Of a DNA stretch of 64,000 bases, positions 37,878-46,928 are shown piece after piece. The DNA is taken from the IMG/VR virus record IMGVR_UViG_3300032093_000021, positions 76,165 through 140,164 of that record, one strand, 5' to 3'. Made by a program: the position numbers and the translations under genes. This DNA is from a virus. Every line of letters begins with the position of its first letter. The stretch's first letter is position 1. A model generated the notes under the pieces. That model made no database searches. It was not told the origin of the DNA and saw only the letters and a list, made by a program, of their open reading frames with translations.

Positions 37878-38414
37878 TTATAGTTTTACATAATTAGTTC
37901 CGGGTATAAAATCTTTTGCCTCGTATTTTGGTAAAAGAGTTCTCCATGTATGTCCGAATGTTTTTTCAAAGTGTGGTTTATCTTTGAAAGATTTCCAATC
38001 TCCACCCCAAACCCAATTATTTCTTTTTAGTATTTCAACAACTTCCATCCAATCAGCTTTACCATCCTTATCAAAGTCAATATTGTCCTCCCAACTTGCA
38101 GAATCAAATTTTCCGTCATTATTGGTATCTTTAATTAAAACAATGTCTAACGCCAACCCATAATTATGAATTGATTGACCTCCTTTAGCTTTGGTTACAA
38201 CACCTAATCTTTTACCATTTGCATCAAACAATCTTGTTCTACCTTGTGCGTAAATTGCGTCTTGTTCTGCAAATGTTCTTAAGGTGTAAGCAAATCTACA
38301 GATCGCCTTTCCGTTTAGTGCTGGAACGATTTGTGCCCTGTAGATATAATTTACTTCTTCTCTTACTGCAGGATGTAATAATTGAATCCTGTCTAACGTG
38401 ATTTTGTCTTCCAT
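37878..38414 (-). CDS. Peptidase M15 (L-Ala-D-Glu endopeptidase-type) endolysin
   Basis: LRTFAEQDAIYAQGRT, SIHNYGLALD (SxHxxGxAxD), WGGDWKSFKDKPHFE. Confidence 0.92.
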   Translation of the reverse strand: MEDKITLDRIQLLHPAVREEVNYIYRAQIVPALNGKAICRFAYTLRTFAEQDAIYAQGRTRLFDANGKRLGVVTKAKGGQSIHNYGLALDIVLIKDTNNDGKFDSASWEDNIDFDKDGKADWMEVVEILKRNNWVWGGDWKSFKDKPHFEKTFGHTWRTLLPKYEAKDFIPGTNYVKL

Positions 38415-38419
38415 ATGTT

Positions 38420-38662
38420 TTAGTTTTTTATTCTTGCTTGGGCAATTAATGTATCATTACCATATTGAAATCTAAAAGTAAGATCCGGGTATTTGTTTTG
38501 TAAATATTCTAACCATTTTTTAACACTTTTCTTCGGCATGAAAGAAGATTTAACTTTATCTTCTTCATAATCAAACTTATCAAGTTGTTCTTGTGGAGTT
38601 TGGGTAATCCCTTGTTCCTTTAGAATTCTATAATATTGTGATTCAGTTAATTTTATTCTCAT
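38420..38662 (-). CDS. Small protein, probable internal head protein
   Basis: N-terminus MRIKLTESQYYRILKEQ with (I/L)xE motifs; 4-nt overlap with the neck gene. Confidence 0.65.
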   Translation of the reverse strand: MRIKLTESQYYRILKEQGITQTPQEQLDKFDYEEDKVKSSFMPKKSVKKWLEYLQNKYPDLTFRFQYGNDTLIAQARIKN

Positions 38663-39174
38663 AACCCTCTAAATTCATTTTGACTAACAGGTGTTGCAAT
38701 AATAGTTTTGTAAAAAGGTTTGTAACCTGCATAAGTATGTTTATTATCTGAAACAACCCTTCCGTCATTTGCGACAACATAATATCTAACCCTTGTTTCA
38801 GTTTCATAATATCCGATATAATCACCTTGATCAATATCAATACCAAGTTCATCTAAATGTTTTTGATAAACAGAAATTTTAATATTTCCTGGCTCAACTT
38901 GGCTTAAATTAGTTTTATTACCTATCATTTTATTCTCAGGTGCGGATACTTGAATATAAGCTTTGAATTCAACAGGTGCCATATACTTAACACCATCAGT
39001 CAATGTTTCACCATAAACATCATCTGTTTTGGTTTTATATCTATCAACCTTATATAACACGCAAGTGAAGTTCATGTCACCTTCCAACCATTCACTACCC
39101 ATTTCAATATCCAAAGAATAATCTTCGGCACCGAAAAACTTACCAAGTCGTGTTATGGGAACCTTTTTTTCCAT
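38659..39174 (-). CDS. Neck / head closure protein (T4 gp14-like)
   Basis: LYKVD..KTKTDDVYGE, PVEF, L....IDIDQGDYIGY. Preceded by ATATTTAT. Confidence 0.7.
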   Translation of the reverse strand: MEKKVPITRLGKFFGAEDYSLDIEMGSEWLEGDMNFTCVLYKVDRYKTKTDDVYGETLTDGVKYMAPVEFKAYIQVSAPENKMIGNKTNLSQVEPGNIKISVYQKHLDELGIDIDQGDYIGYYETETRVRYYVVANDGRVVSDNKHTYAGYKPFYKTIIATPVSQNEFRGL

Positions 39175-39206
39175 ATTGATAAATATCTTTATTTTTATTA
39201 TCTTTA
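39175..39206. promoter_or_regulatory. Overlapping divergent promoters: host-type TTG-N20-TATCTTTA (plus, helicase) and ATATTTAT (minus, neck gene)
   Basis: Both motifs are visible within the 46-nt intergenic gap. Confidence 0.5.
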
Positions 39207-39220
39207 TATAAAAAGTTTTT

Positions 39221-40981
39221 TTGGAAAATGGAACACATTTAATTGAGAGAAAGGCGCTTGAAATGCTTGAGACATATTCAGGTTCAAATAACTATATCCT
39301 AAAGATCCAACACCAACAAAGTATTAATAAAAAGTTTTATCCTACCCGATCTCAATCTGAATACATATTAACTTTTCACGACACAAAACCAAAGGTTGCA
39401 AAAAAATGGGTTGATCTTGATCCATATTTTGCAAATAAAATATCTGATGAAAAGTTATATACAAAGGTTCCGGATCAGGTTTGGGTTGAGAAGTTATTAG
39501 TTGAAAAAGAAAAAGCATACCACATTTGGGGTAAGTTCTTTTCCGGTGAAACTAACCACGAATTTTGGTTACCAAAGTCGGCATTAATTAAAACTCACAC
39601 AATAGAAAAGGTAGATATTGATTATTCAAAGTATGATCATAGACCTCCTTTATCACATCAGAAAGAAGCAATTGAGAAATTGGTTGGTAGTAAAAGATTT
39701 ATCTTGGCGGATGATATGGGATTGGGTAAGACCACATCCACAATTATTGCCGCTCTTGAAACCGGGGCAAAAAAGATTTTAATTATTTGTCCCGCATCTC
39801 TTAAGATTAACTGGCAAAGGGAAATTTCAAATTATAGTGATAGAAGTGTTTATATCTCTGAAGGTAAAAACTTCTCAACTGAACACGACTTTGTTATTAT
39901 TAATTACGATATCATTAAAAACTTTTATGATACCAAAGACAAAGAAAACTCGCTGATTTATAAATCAAACTTTGATTTGATTATTATTGACGAAGCACAT
40001 TACCTTCAGAATACCCAAGCTCAAAGAACCAAACTTGTTAATTCTTTTGCAAAAAAAGCTAACAGGTTATGGTTATTGACCGGGACTCCTATGACTTCCC
40101 GTCCAATCAACTATTTTAACTTACTAAACCTTATTGAATCCCCTGTCGCACAAAATTGGATGGCTTATGTCATAAGATACTGTGAGGGATATCAGTTTAG
40201 GGTTGGAGGTAATAGAAAAATTTGGAATACAAATGGTGCTTCTAACTTGGAAGAGTTAAGAGACAGAACTTCAAAACAAGTATTAAGAAGATTGAAAACT
40301 GAAGTATTGGATCTTCCTGATAAGATTATCACCCCCGTTTATTTGAGATTAAGATCCAAACTATATGAGGGTCTGATGGGTGATTATTATAATTGGTATG
40401 AAAAAAACCCTGAAGAATCTTCATCTCTGACAGTTCAGTTTTCAAAACTGATGAAAATTAGACAAGTGATTGCTGAAGAAAAAGTTTCATCTACAATTGA
40501 ACTTGCGGAGAACATTATTGAACAAGGGAAGAAAGTTATTATATTCACAAACTTCACCAATACTCTTAAAACTTTACTAGATCACTTCGGTAAAAAGGCG
40601 GTTGGTCTTGATGGGTCATCGTCTAAAGTGGAAAGGCAAAATGCAGTTGATCAATTCCAAGAGAATGATAAGATACAAGTGTTTGTTGGAAACATCAAAG
40701 CTGCGGGTGTTGGTATTACATTAACTTCTTCTGAAGCGGTTATAATGAATGACTTATCATTCGTTCCATCGGATCATAGTCAGGCAGAAGATAGGGCTTA
40801 CAGATACGGACAAAAATCAAATGTGTCGGTTTATTATCCCATATTTGAAAATACAATAGAAGGTATCATCTACGACATGTTAATGAAAAAGAAAAACATA
40901 TTTGAAACTGTAATGGGTGATAATATGGATAAGGGAGATTTCGTAGAAGAAGTTATGAATTTAATTAACAATAGATCGTAA
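39221..40981 (+). CDS. SNF2-family (SMARCAL1/HARP-like) DNA helicase/translocase
   Basis: LADDMGLGKT, ICPASLKINW, IIDEAH, LTGTP, LRRLK, GVGITLT, QAEDRAYRYGQ; TTG start. Confidence 0.92.
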   Translation: MENGTHLIERKALEMLETYSGSNNYILKIQHQQSINKKFYPTRSQSEYILTFHDTKPKVAKKWVDLDPYFANKISDEKLYTKVPDQVWVEKLLVEKEKAYHIWGKFFSGETNHEFWLPKSALIKTHTIEKVDIDYSKYDHRPPLSHQKEAIEKLVGSKRFILADDMGLGKTTSTIIAALETGAKKILIICPASLKINWQREISNYSDRSVYISEGKNFSTEHDFVIINYDIIKNFYDTKDKENSLIYKSNFDLIIIDEAHYLQNTQAQRTKLVNSFAKKANRLWLLTGTPMTSRPINYFNLLNLIESPVAQNWMAYVIRYCEGYQFRVGGNRKIWNTNGASNLEELRDRTSKQVLRRLKTEVLDLPDKIITPVYLRLRSKLYEGLMGDYYNWYEKNPEESSSLTVQFSKLMKIRQVIAEEKVSSTIELAENIIEQGKKVIIFTNFTNTLKTLLDHFGKKAVGLDGSSSKVERQNAVDQFQENDKIQVFVGNIKAAGVGITLTSSEAVIMNDLSFVPSDHSQAEDRAYRYGQKSNVSVYYPIFENTIEGIIYDMLMKKKNIFETVMGDNMDKGDFVEEVMNLINNRS

Positions 40982-40992
40982 TATTTATTGAT

Positions 40993-42603
40993 ATGCAAAG
41001 TATCAATGAAAAAATATTACAAATTAAAAAGTTAATATCTGAAGGTCCGGTAGAAGAAAAATCTTATCTCTTAATGGAGATGAAAAAAATAGGAATAGAT
41101 AAATTACCCTATTCTTTATCCGCTCTTAAAAGGTTCATAGATGCAAAAACTATGGACTTTCACTATAACAAACACTACAAGGGTTATGTAGACAAGTTAA
41201 ATGACGCACTACAAAAAAGAGATTATGGTGATTTAGATTTAGAACAAATTGTTAAAAGAATATCTAAATTCAACACAACAATAAGAAACAATGCGGGAGG
41301 AGCTTATAATCACGCTTTGTTTTGGAAAATGTTGTCTCCTACTGAACAAAAACCCTCAAAAAAAATTTTTGATAAAATTAAAAAAGATTTCGGTAGTTTT
41401 GCTGAATTCAAAAGAAAATTTGAAGATATTGCAAAAAAAAGGTTTGGTTCCGGATGGGTTTGGTTAATACTAACTAAAGGAGGCAAACTTCGTGTTGTTT
41501 CAACGCCAAATCAGGATAATCCTCTGATGAACATATCAAAAAGAAAAGGATTTCCAATTTTGGGGTTAGATCTTTGGGAACACGCTTTTTACTTGAAATA
41601 TCAAAATAAAAGAGATGAATATATTAAAAATTTTTGGAGTGTCGTAAATTGGGAATTCGTAGAAAAGTTATACGACATGAAAACGAACACAGTATTACAA
41701 GAACAATCACTATTAAAAAAACTAAATTTGAAAACTCTTATAAACGAGGGATTAGAAAAAGCTGTGTCTTTTTGCTCCCACGAACAACAACAACAATATA
41801 AAGATTTACTTTCAGTTTGGACATTCAAACAAAAATTTGTTGACAGATGGAAAAAACTTCTAAAAATATTATATCCGGGCTCTTGGAAAGCGGATAATGA
41901 GTTATTTCAAGGACATATGGAAGGGGTTTATACTGCAACAAATGAAAGATCTCTCTTAAATAATCTTACATCTTCATATTCGGCTTTTTGTATTCTACAT
42001 AATGATATTAACACTTATCTCAAAAATAGTGGAGAACCTGTCATAATATTCAATGATGATGTTAAAAATAATTTAGTCGAATTGGATAGATTTTTTGATA
42101 TAATGATTGAACTAAAAGATAGGATCTTCAATTTGGCAACTTCCAAAACATTTCAAAAAGTAGAAAAGACACTAAAAAGAAATGATTGTTTCGGTAAAAG
42201 AAATGAAGATGCGGCTATGAAAATTATCAACAAAATGTGGGACATTGCTGAATGTAAAATAAAAGCTGGTGGAGGATTGAGAACAGATATGCTTGCCGGG
42301 GTTGACGCCGCCATTTTTCTTGATAACGGAGAAACATGGACCGCACAAATAAAACCTTATAAATCTTTAACATACATCTCAGGGGATGAAAAATTAATAA
42401 AAATTGATGGAATATCTTTGATGAAGAAATATTCTGTTGATGTTTTTGTGTTTGTTAATGTTGCAAGTATGAAAGTCTACGTAATAGATAATAATTTGAT
42501 ATCTCATACGTCAAGCACTGCAACATTTAAAGAGAAGGATATAATAAAAGAACTAACTGGGGACTCAAGTATTGAATTACTTGATTGTTCTCAATATTTA
42601 TAG
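40993..42603 (+). CDS. Fe/Mn superoxide dismutase fused to a C-terminal PD-(D/E)xK-like domain
   Basis: SOD motifs HYNKHYKGYV, NNAGGAYNHALFW, FGSGWVWL, NQDNP, DLWEHAFYLKYQN, followed by about 300 extra aa containing GKRNE...D..GVD...QIK. Confidence 0.85.
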   Translation: MQSINEKILQIKKLISEGPVEEKSYLLMEMKKIGIDKLPYSLSALKRFIDAKTMDFHYNKHYKGYVDKLNDALQKRDYGDLDLEQIVKRISKFNTTIRNNAGGAYNHALFWKMLSPTEQKPSKKIFDKIKKDFGSFAEFKRKFEDIAKKRFGSGWVWLILTKGGKLRVVSTPNQDNPLMNISKRKGFPILGLDLWEHAFYLKYQNKRDEYIKNFWSVVNWEFVEKLYDMKTNTVLQEQSLLKKLNLKTLINEGLEKAVSFCSHEQQQQYKDLLSVWTFKQKFVDRWKKLLKILYPGSWKADNELFQGHMEGVYTATNERSLLNNLTSSYSAFCILHNDINTYLKNSGEPVIIFNDDVKNNLVELDRFFDIMIELKDRIFNLATSKTFQKVEKTLKRNDCFGKRNEDAAMKIINKMWDIAECKIKAGGGLRTDMLAGVDAAIFLDNGETWTAQIKPYKSLTYISGDEKLIKIDGISLMKKYSVDVFVFVNVASMKVYVIDNNLISHTSSTATFKEKDIIKELTGDSSIELLDCSQYL

Positions 42604-42615
42604 TAAACATAAAAT

Positions 42616-43728
42616 ATGGCAATAATATCCGAACCACAGAGAACCAAGTTATTCACAAGAGTTAGACACTTATTAGGTGCCCCTCTTAGAAGTGTTGAGC
42701 TAGAAGATGAAATGTTAGATTCCCTTCTTGAACTTTCAATAGGAGATTATTCGCAATACATCCAAGATTGGCTTATAGAATCACAATGGGCTGCACTTCA
42801 AAATCTTAATTTAGATGAACAATCTCTCACAAGAGCTTTTGTAACTAGAAGTATTGATTATGAAACAAGATACACCTATGCATATTCAAAAATAGTTGGA
42901 TTACAGACGGGTGGGGATTGGGTTTTGAAAAAAGATTTCATTCAGTTACAGAAAAACCAACAATTATATGAAATTCCCGCCGGTAGAGAATTAAATGAAC
43001 TATTATGGTTCACACCGGCGGAGTTAACTAATATTCTATTTGATCCTTGGTCATTTGGTGTGATGGGTGGACCAGGACTAGGAGGACCGGGAGGTTATTC
43101 ACAACTAGGATATAGTGGATCTTATTTTTTAATGCCGGCATTTGACATGTTATTGAGAATGCAAGAAATTAATATACAAAGAAGAATTATCGCATCTGAA
43201 TTAACATATAGAGTAACCGCACTTCCTGATGGAAAAAAAATGATTCATTTAATGAACACACCCGGAGGTAAATTTGATTTCGGAAATTCAAATTTCACCA
43301 ACGGTAGAGTTTGGTATTGGTATTACGATACCGAAGGTAAAGATAGAGATAATTGTCTCAAAAATAATCCCGATATTGTCAAACTTCCTTCAGACGTTCC
43401 GATTGATGAAATTGCTTGGGATGACTTAAATAATCCGGCACAACAATGGGTTAGAAGATGGTTTATCGGACTTTGTAAAGAAACACTTGGTAGAGTTAGA
43501 GGTAAATACAGCGGAAATCTGAAAACTCCTGATAGTGAACTTACTATGGATTACACAAGTTTATTGACTGAGGGAAAAGATGAAAGAGCAAAATTAGAAG
43601 AAGAACTTAAACAACGTCTTGAAAGAATGAGACCTGAAAAAATGATGGAAAAACAAGCCCTTACCGCAGAAAACTTAAACAAATCCTTGAAGTTTAGAGC
43701 TTTCCCAAGACAAATATACGTTATTTAA
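42616..43728 (+). CDS. Neck / head-tail adaptor protein (T4 gp13-like)
   Basis: LLGAPLRSVELEDEMLD, WVRRWFIGLCKETLGRVRGKY, L..EGKDE...L.EEL. Preceded by ATATTTATA. Confidence 0.85.
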   Translation: MAIISEPQRTKLFTRVRHLLGAPLRSVELEDEMLDSLLELSIGDYSQYIQDWLIESQWAALQNLNLDEQSLTRAFVTRSIDYETRYTYAYSKIVGLQTGGDWVLKKDFIQLQKNQQLYEIPAGRELNELLWFTPAELTNILFDPWSFGVMGGPGLGGPGGYSQLGYSGSYFLMPAFDMLLRMQEINIQRRIIASELTYRVTALPDGKKMIHLMNTPGGKFDFGNSNFTNGRVWYWYYDTEGKDRDNCLKNNPDIVKLPSDVPIDEIAWDDLNNPAQQWVRRWFIGLCKETLGRVRGKYSGNLKTPDSELTMDYTSLLTEGKDERAKLEEELKQRLERMRPEKMMEKQALTAENLNKSLKFRAFPRQIYVI

Positions 43729-43731
43729 TTT

Positions 43732-44067
43732 ATGGCAGTATTAAGAAACACACCATCACAAAGAGTAATCAATGGATCAATCATCAACTCATCTGAAAGT
43801 GCGATTGTATCCGACTCAATTTTCAGAACTAAAGGAGAAGGGATAATTGTTGTTAAGAACGTTGATTATTGTACTATAAATTTAGATCACACAACAACAG
43901 ATAGAACCGTTATAAAGGCTTTAACAAAAGTTCTTATTCAACCAATTATGGGAATGATTGATGATGAATATCATGAACTTTTAATTGAAAAAGGTGCTTG
44001 TGTTGAACTTGCCTTTTGTGGTGGTGGATGGTACATTCTAAGTTCAGATGGATTGAAATTTAGTTAA
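43732..44067 (+). CDS. Small beta-rich virion-associated hypothetical protein
   Basis: 111 aa directly after the gp13-like gene; its beta-sandwich pattern ending GGWYILS resembles the C-terminus of 59691..60116. Confidence 0.7.
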   Translation: MAVLRNTPSQRVINGSIINSSESAIVSDSIFRTKGEGIIVVKNVDYCTINLDHTTTDRTVIKALTKVLIQPIMGMIDDEYHELLIEKGACVELAFCGGGWYILSSDGLKFS

Positions 44068-46831
44068 TATATTCTTCCCACCCCTCTTCAGCCATTTCAT
44101 ACATATAATCCGGTTTTAGACCGCGTCTTTCCCAATACGCAACTTCAGCATCAGACATATTCAATACTTCATCCAGACTATCTTGATCTCCCGCGTCAAA
44201 GGGATGGCCGTTAATAAGTTCACATTGTGATGATGTGAATAGACCTCTTTCATCAGGATTCTCAACCAATAGTGAATTTCTAATCTCGTCTTTGAATACA
44301 ACAAGTAATGGTTCAATCCTTTTATTAAAAACTGATATCGCTCTTGCCACATTGTAATCTCCGGTCATATTTGGATTTTCTTCAATCGTTTTTGAATCCA
44401 ACATATAACAATTAATCTGAACAAACCCTTCGGGCATTTCTTTTCCGTGTTCAAAAAGATATTCTTCTTTTTGTTTTTTGGTTGGTTTGGAAATCTTTTG
44501 AACATCTCCGTGAGACGCTTTCACACCATTATTGACATAATAGATTACATCCCCAAGATTAACGTTCAACTTATTTTTGATTGCAAGTTCCATATGAGCC
44601 ATCATTGACATTGCACCTCCCGCCTTTGTTTTCTGTGAGGATCTTTTCTTATAGTCATCCATCGTCAATTTAACCTTGGCTCTCTGAGCAATCTTCATAA
44701 GTGGAATCTCCTTGTTGTAGATCTTTGTCAGGTATTCATAATACCACTCAACAAATTCTTGTCCTTTACCTTCAAGTAATAACTTAACACCCTTGTCCAA
44801 GAAGTCCTCAATATAAAGGGGTAGTTTTTTTGATTTGATTGTATTACCGGTTAGTTTAACTTTACCTTTCGCATCCATAACCGCATAGTTCTTACGAGCA
44901 AGGTTAATACACGAAGGCCAAGTTCCGTCAGTATCAAGTGCCATCTCACCCCTCATAAACATATCATTAAACTCCGCCACATCAGCATTATCCCCAGTAT
45001 ACTCCTTACCCTCTTTAACCTTCCAATTTAGACCTTTTCCAATATACCTTCTATTCTCCCACCCTTCAGGTTTGGAGAAGTTTACACCATCCGTATCCAT
45101 CACCAGAGGGGTATATCCTCTCTTCATAAAGAACTTAATCATCATACGAAGATACTGCCTTCCGGTACAAGTGATTTGTTCACCCATATACATGTCACCC
45201 CACGCAAATACCTGTGGAGCTGACAAGGCACCGAACATGGAGTTGATGAAGATCTTAATCGGTAACTGCTTTCTATCGTAAGACAGAGATTTCTTCGGAT
45301 CTGATTCTTCATATTGACCCGCCAAGTTCTTATACAAGATACGAGTGTCACGGAAGTATTTAAGCATCGCCTTCATTCCTCCCGTAATATCACAATCAGG
45401 AAATACATCGTGAACAAGTTGAATGGATGGGTATAGAGAAGAGAAGTCAAGTTTGAGAACATTTCTTGAATACCCCACTTTCAATAATCTTGAAAGACCT
45501 CCCACGAAATCTGTCTTTTGTTGTTTCTCGGGAATTGCTAACTTGTATTTGTAAGACCAAGCGAGCATAAGCATCTTCCATAAAGTTGCGGTTCCCATTG
45601 TTGAAACCCTTTCATAAGTTGTAGGAATCATGGCTGCAAGTAGAAACGAACCCTGATTAAACTCTTCATCCACAAGTAAAGTTTCTTCCAAGTCATCGTC
45701 AAGATACCTTTCAACAAGGTTATCTCCTGTGACCTTAATATAAACTCCGGGAAATCTTTTATCCAAATCTTTGAATTCGGGTTTGTCAGCTTTTTTGTAT
45801 TTTCCGTTCTGAACATTTAACCAATACTCTTCCTTATCACGATACATCTTTCCGATATCTGTATGATCAATATAGACACGATCAGCGGCTTCCGCTTTGA
45901 TATATTTGGTAATGTATTTAAGACCTGCTGACTTAATTGATGAATTGATCGCTTGAGCCCTTCTAACGGCGTGGATAATATCTAATACATTATAACCCCA
46001 CATTGAGACCTGATTATATTTCTCAACCTCATTTGCAAGTTTTAACAACTGCTCGTTTTGTCCGATGTTTTTTCCGGGATTTAATGTCTTACAAGTTTTC
46101 TTAATATCCAAACCCAACGCCTTACATCTTTCAAATATCCAATACCAATCGAAGTTCGCTGAGTTATATCCACCGATGATGGTTGGTTTGATCTCGTCTA
46201 TGATGTTAAAGAACTCAATTAACCCCTGTCTTTCCTGTTCCTCATCAGAACATTCAATAACTTTTCTATAACCCTTATTGGTCTTAATTCCGATCATAAA
46301 GATCCTTCCATCCTTTGGTTCTAATGCAGTTGTCTCCAAGTCAAATACAAATCTTGTAATGTCATTGTATTCTTCATATCCTTTGAATAATCTTTTTTCT
46401 TTTTGAATGAGGTATTGCTCAACCGGAGGAAGGATAAGGACCTTGTCTTTCATCTTTTCTCCCCACGGATCAAGTCCTCCATCTCTGAAGAATTGAATAA
46501 GTGATCTATAGTTCTTTAAGGATTTAACCAAGAACTTAAGACCATTTTTCATTCTTTCATTATCACCTGTCTCAAGTTTTTCAATCATAATACCATACTT
46601 GGTCATTGACTCTTTCTGTAAAGCTTTGGAATTTTGGTAGAAATTTAGACCGTGTAAATCACCGACCCATGCGAAGGGGGTGAATGTATCTTTTACTATT
46701 ACTTTACCTCTACCGGGTATTTCTTTGATTTTGTAAATAAAGTCGGATCCGTAATCAAATTCAATTGCAACAATATGTTGTTCCGGATCATTACCTTCTA
46801 GGAAGGTTTTGATATCTTCTTGACTGATCAT
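44060..46831 (-). CDS. Family B DNA polymerase
   Basis: Exo I FDLETT, Exo II YNSANFD, Exo III YLDDD; polymerase motifs LDFSSLYPS, KIFINSMFG, MDTDG, RKNYA. Confidence 0.95.
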   Translation of the reverse strand: MISQEDIKTFLEGNDPEQHIVAIEFDYGSDFIYKIKEIPGRGKVIVKDTFTPFAWVGDLHGLNFYQNSKALQKESMTKYGIMIEKLETGDNERMKNGLKFLVKSLKNYRSLIQFFRDGGLDPWGEKMKDKVLILPPVEQYLIQKEKRLFKGYEEYNDITRFVFDLETTALEPKDGRIFMIGIKTNKGYRKVIECSDEEQERQGLIEFFNIIDEIKPTIIGGYNSANFDWYWIFERCKALGLDIKKTCKTLNPGKNIGQNEQLLKLANEVEKYNQVSMWGYNVLDIIHAVRRAQAINSSIKSAGLKYITKYIKAEAADRVYIDHTDIGKMYRDKEEYWLNVQNGKYKKADKPEFKDLDKRFPGVYIKVTGDNLVERYLDDDLEETLLVDEEFNQGSFLLAAMIPTTYERVSTMGTATLWKMLMLAWSYKYKLAIPEKQQKTDFVGGLSRLLKVGYSRNVLKLDFSSLYPSIQLVHDVFPDCDITGGMKAMLKYFRDTRILYKNLAGQYEESDPKKSLSYDRKQLPIKIFINSMFGALSAPQVFAWGDMYMGEQITCTGRQYLRMMIKFFMKRGYTPLVMDTDGVNFSKPEGWENRRYIGKGLNWKVKEGKEYTGDNADVAEFNDMFMRGEMALDTDGTWPSCINLARKNYAVMDAKGKVKLTGNTIKSKKLPLYIEDFLDKGVKLLLEGKGQEFVEWYYEYLTKIYNKEIPLMKIAQRAKVKLTMDDYKKRSSQKTKAGGAMSMMAHMELAIKNKLNVNLGDVIYYVNNGVKASHGDVQKISKPTKKQKEEYLFEHGKEMPEGFVQINCYMLDSKTIEENPNMTGDYNVARAISVFNKRIEPLLVVFKDEIRNSLLVENPDERGLFTSSQCELINGHPFDAGDQDSLDEVLNMSDAEVAYWERRGLKPDYMYEMAEEGWEEYIN

Positions 46832-46840
46832 ATTTTATTT

Positions 46841-46888
46841 GCGAGCGGATTATTAGCTTTCACGACATTGTGAAATTCCCCTTACTCA
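46841..46888 (-). promoter_or_regulatory. Structured 5' leader of polymerase mRNA
   Basis: Minus strand GAGT-aagg-GGA-a-TTTCAC-aatgtc-GTGAAA-gctaataa-TCC-GCTC forms nested stems just upstream of the ATG. Confidence 0.5.
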
Positions 46889-46896
46889 TACAAACG

Positions 46897-46927
46897 CAAA
46901 TATAAGATAATTTTCTAAAAAATCAAA
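46897..46927 (-). promoter_or_regulatory. Canonical Bacteroidota promoter TTTG-N19-TATATTTG
   Basis: Minus strand TTTG attttttagaaaattatct TATATTTG matches the -33/-7 consensus (TTTG-N19-21-TAnnTTTG). Confidence 0.75.
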
Positions 46928-46928
46928 A

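Noticed and set aside
45070-45260. Inactive polymerase because of KIFINSMFG and VMDTDG variants
   Set aside because: The catalytic Asp residues, the motif B Lys and the motif A steric-gate Tyr are intact, so these look like ordinary divergence.
8183-46831. Inteins or group I introns in nrdJ, helicases or polB
   Set aside because: The ORFs are continuous, motif spacing looks normal, and I saw no intein splice-junction pattern.
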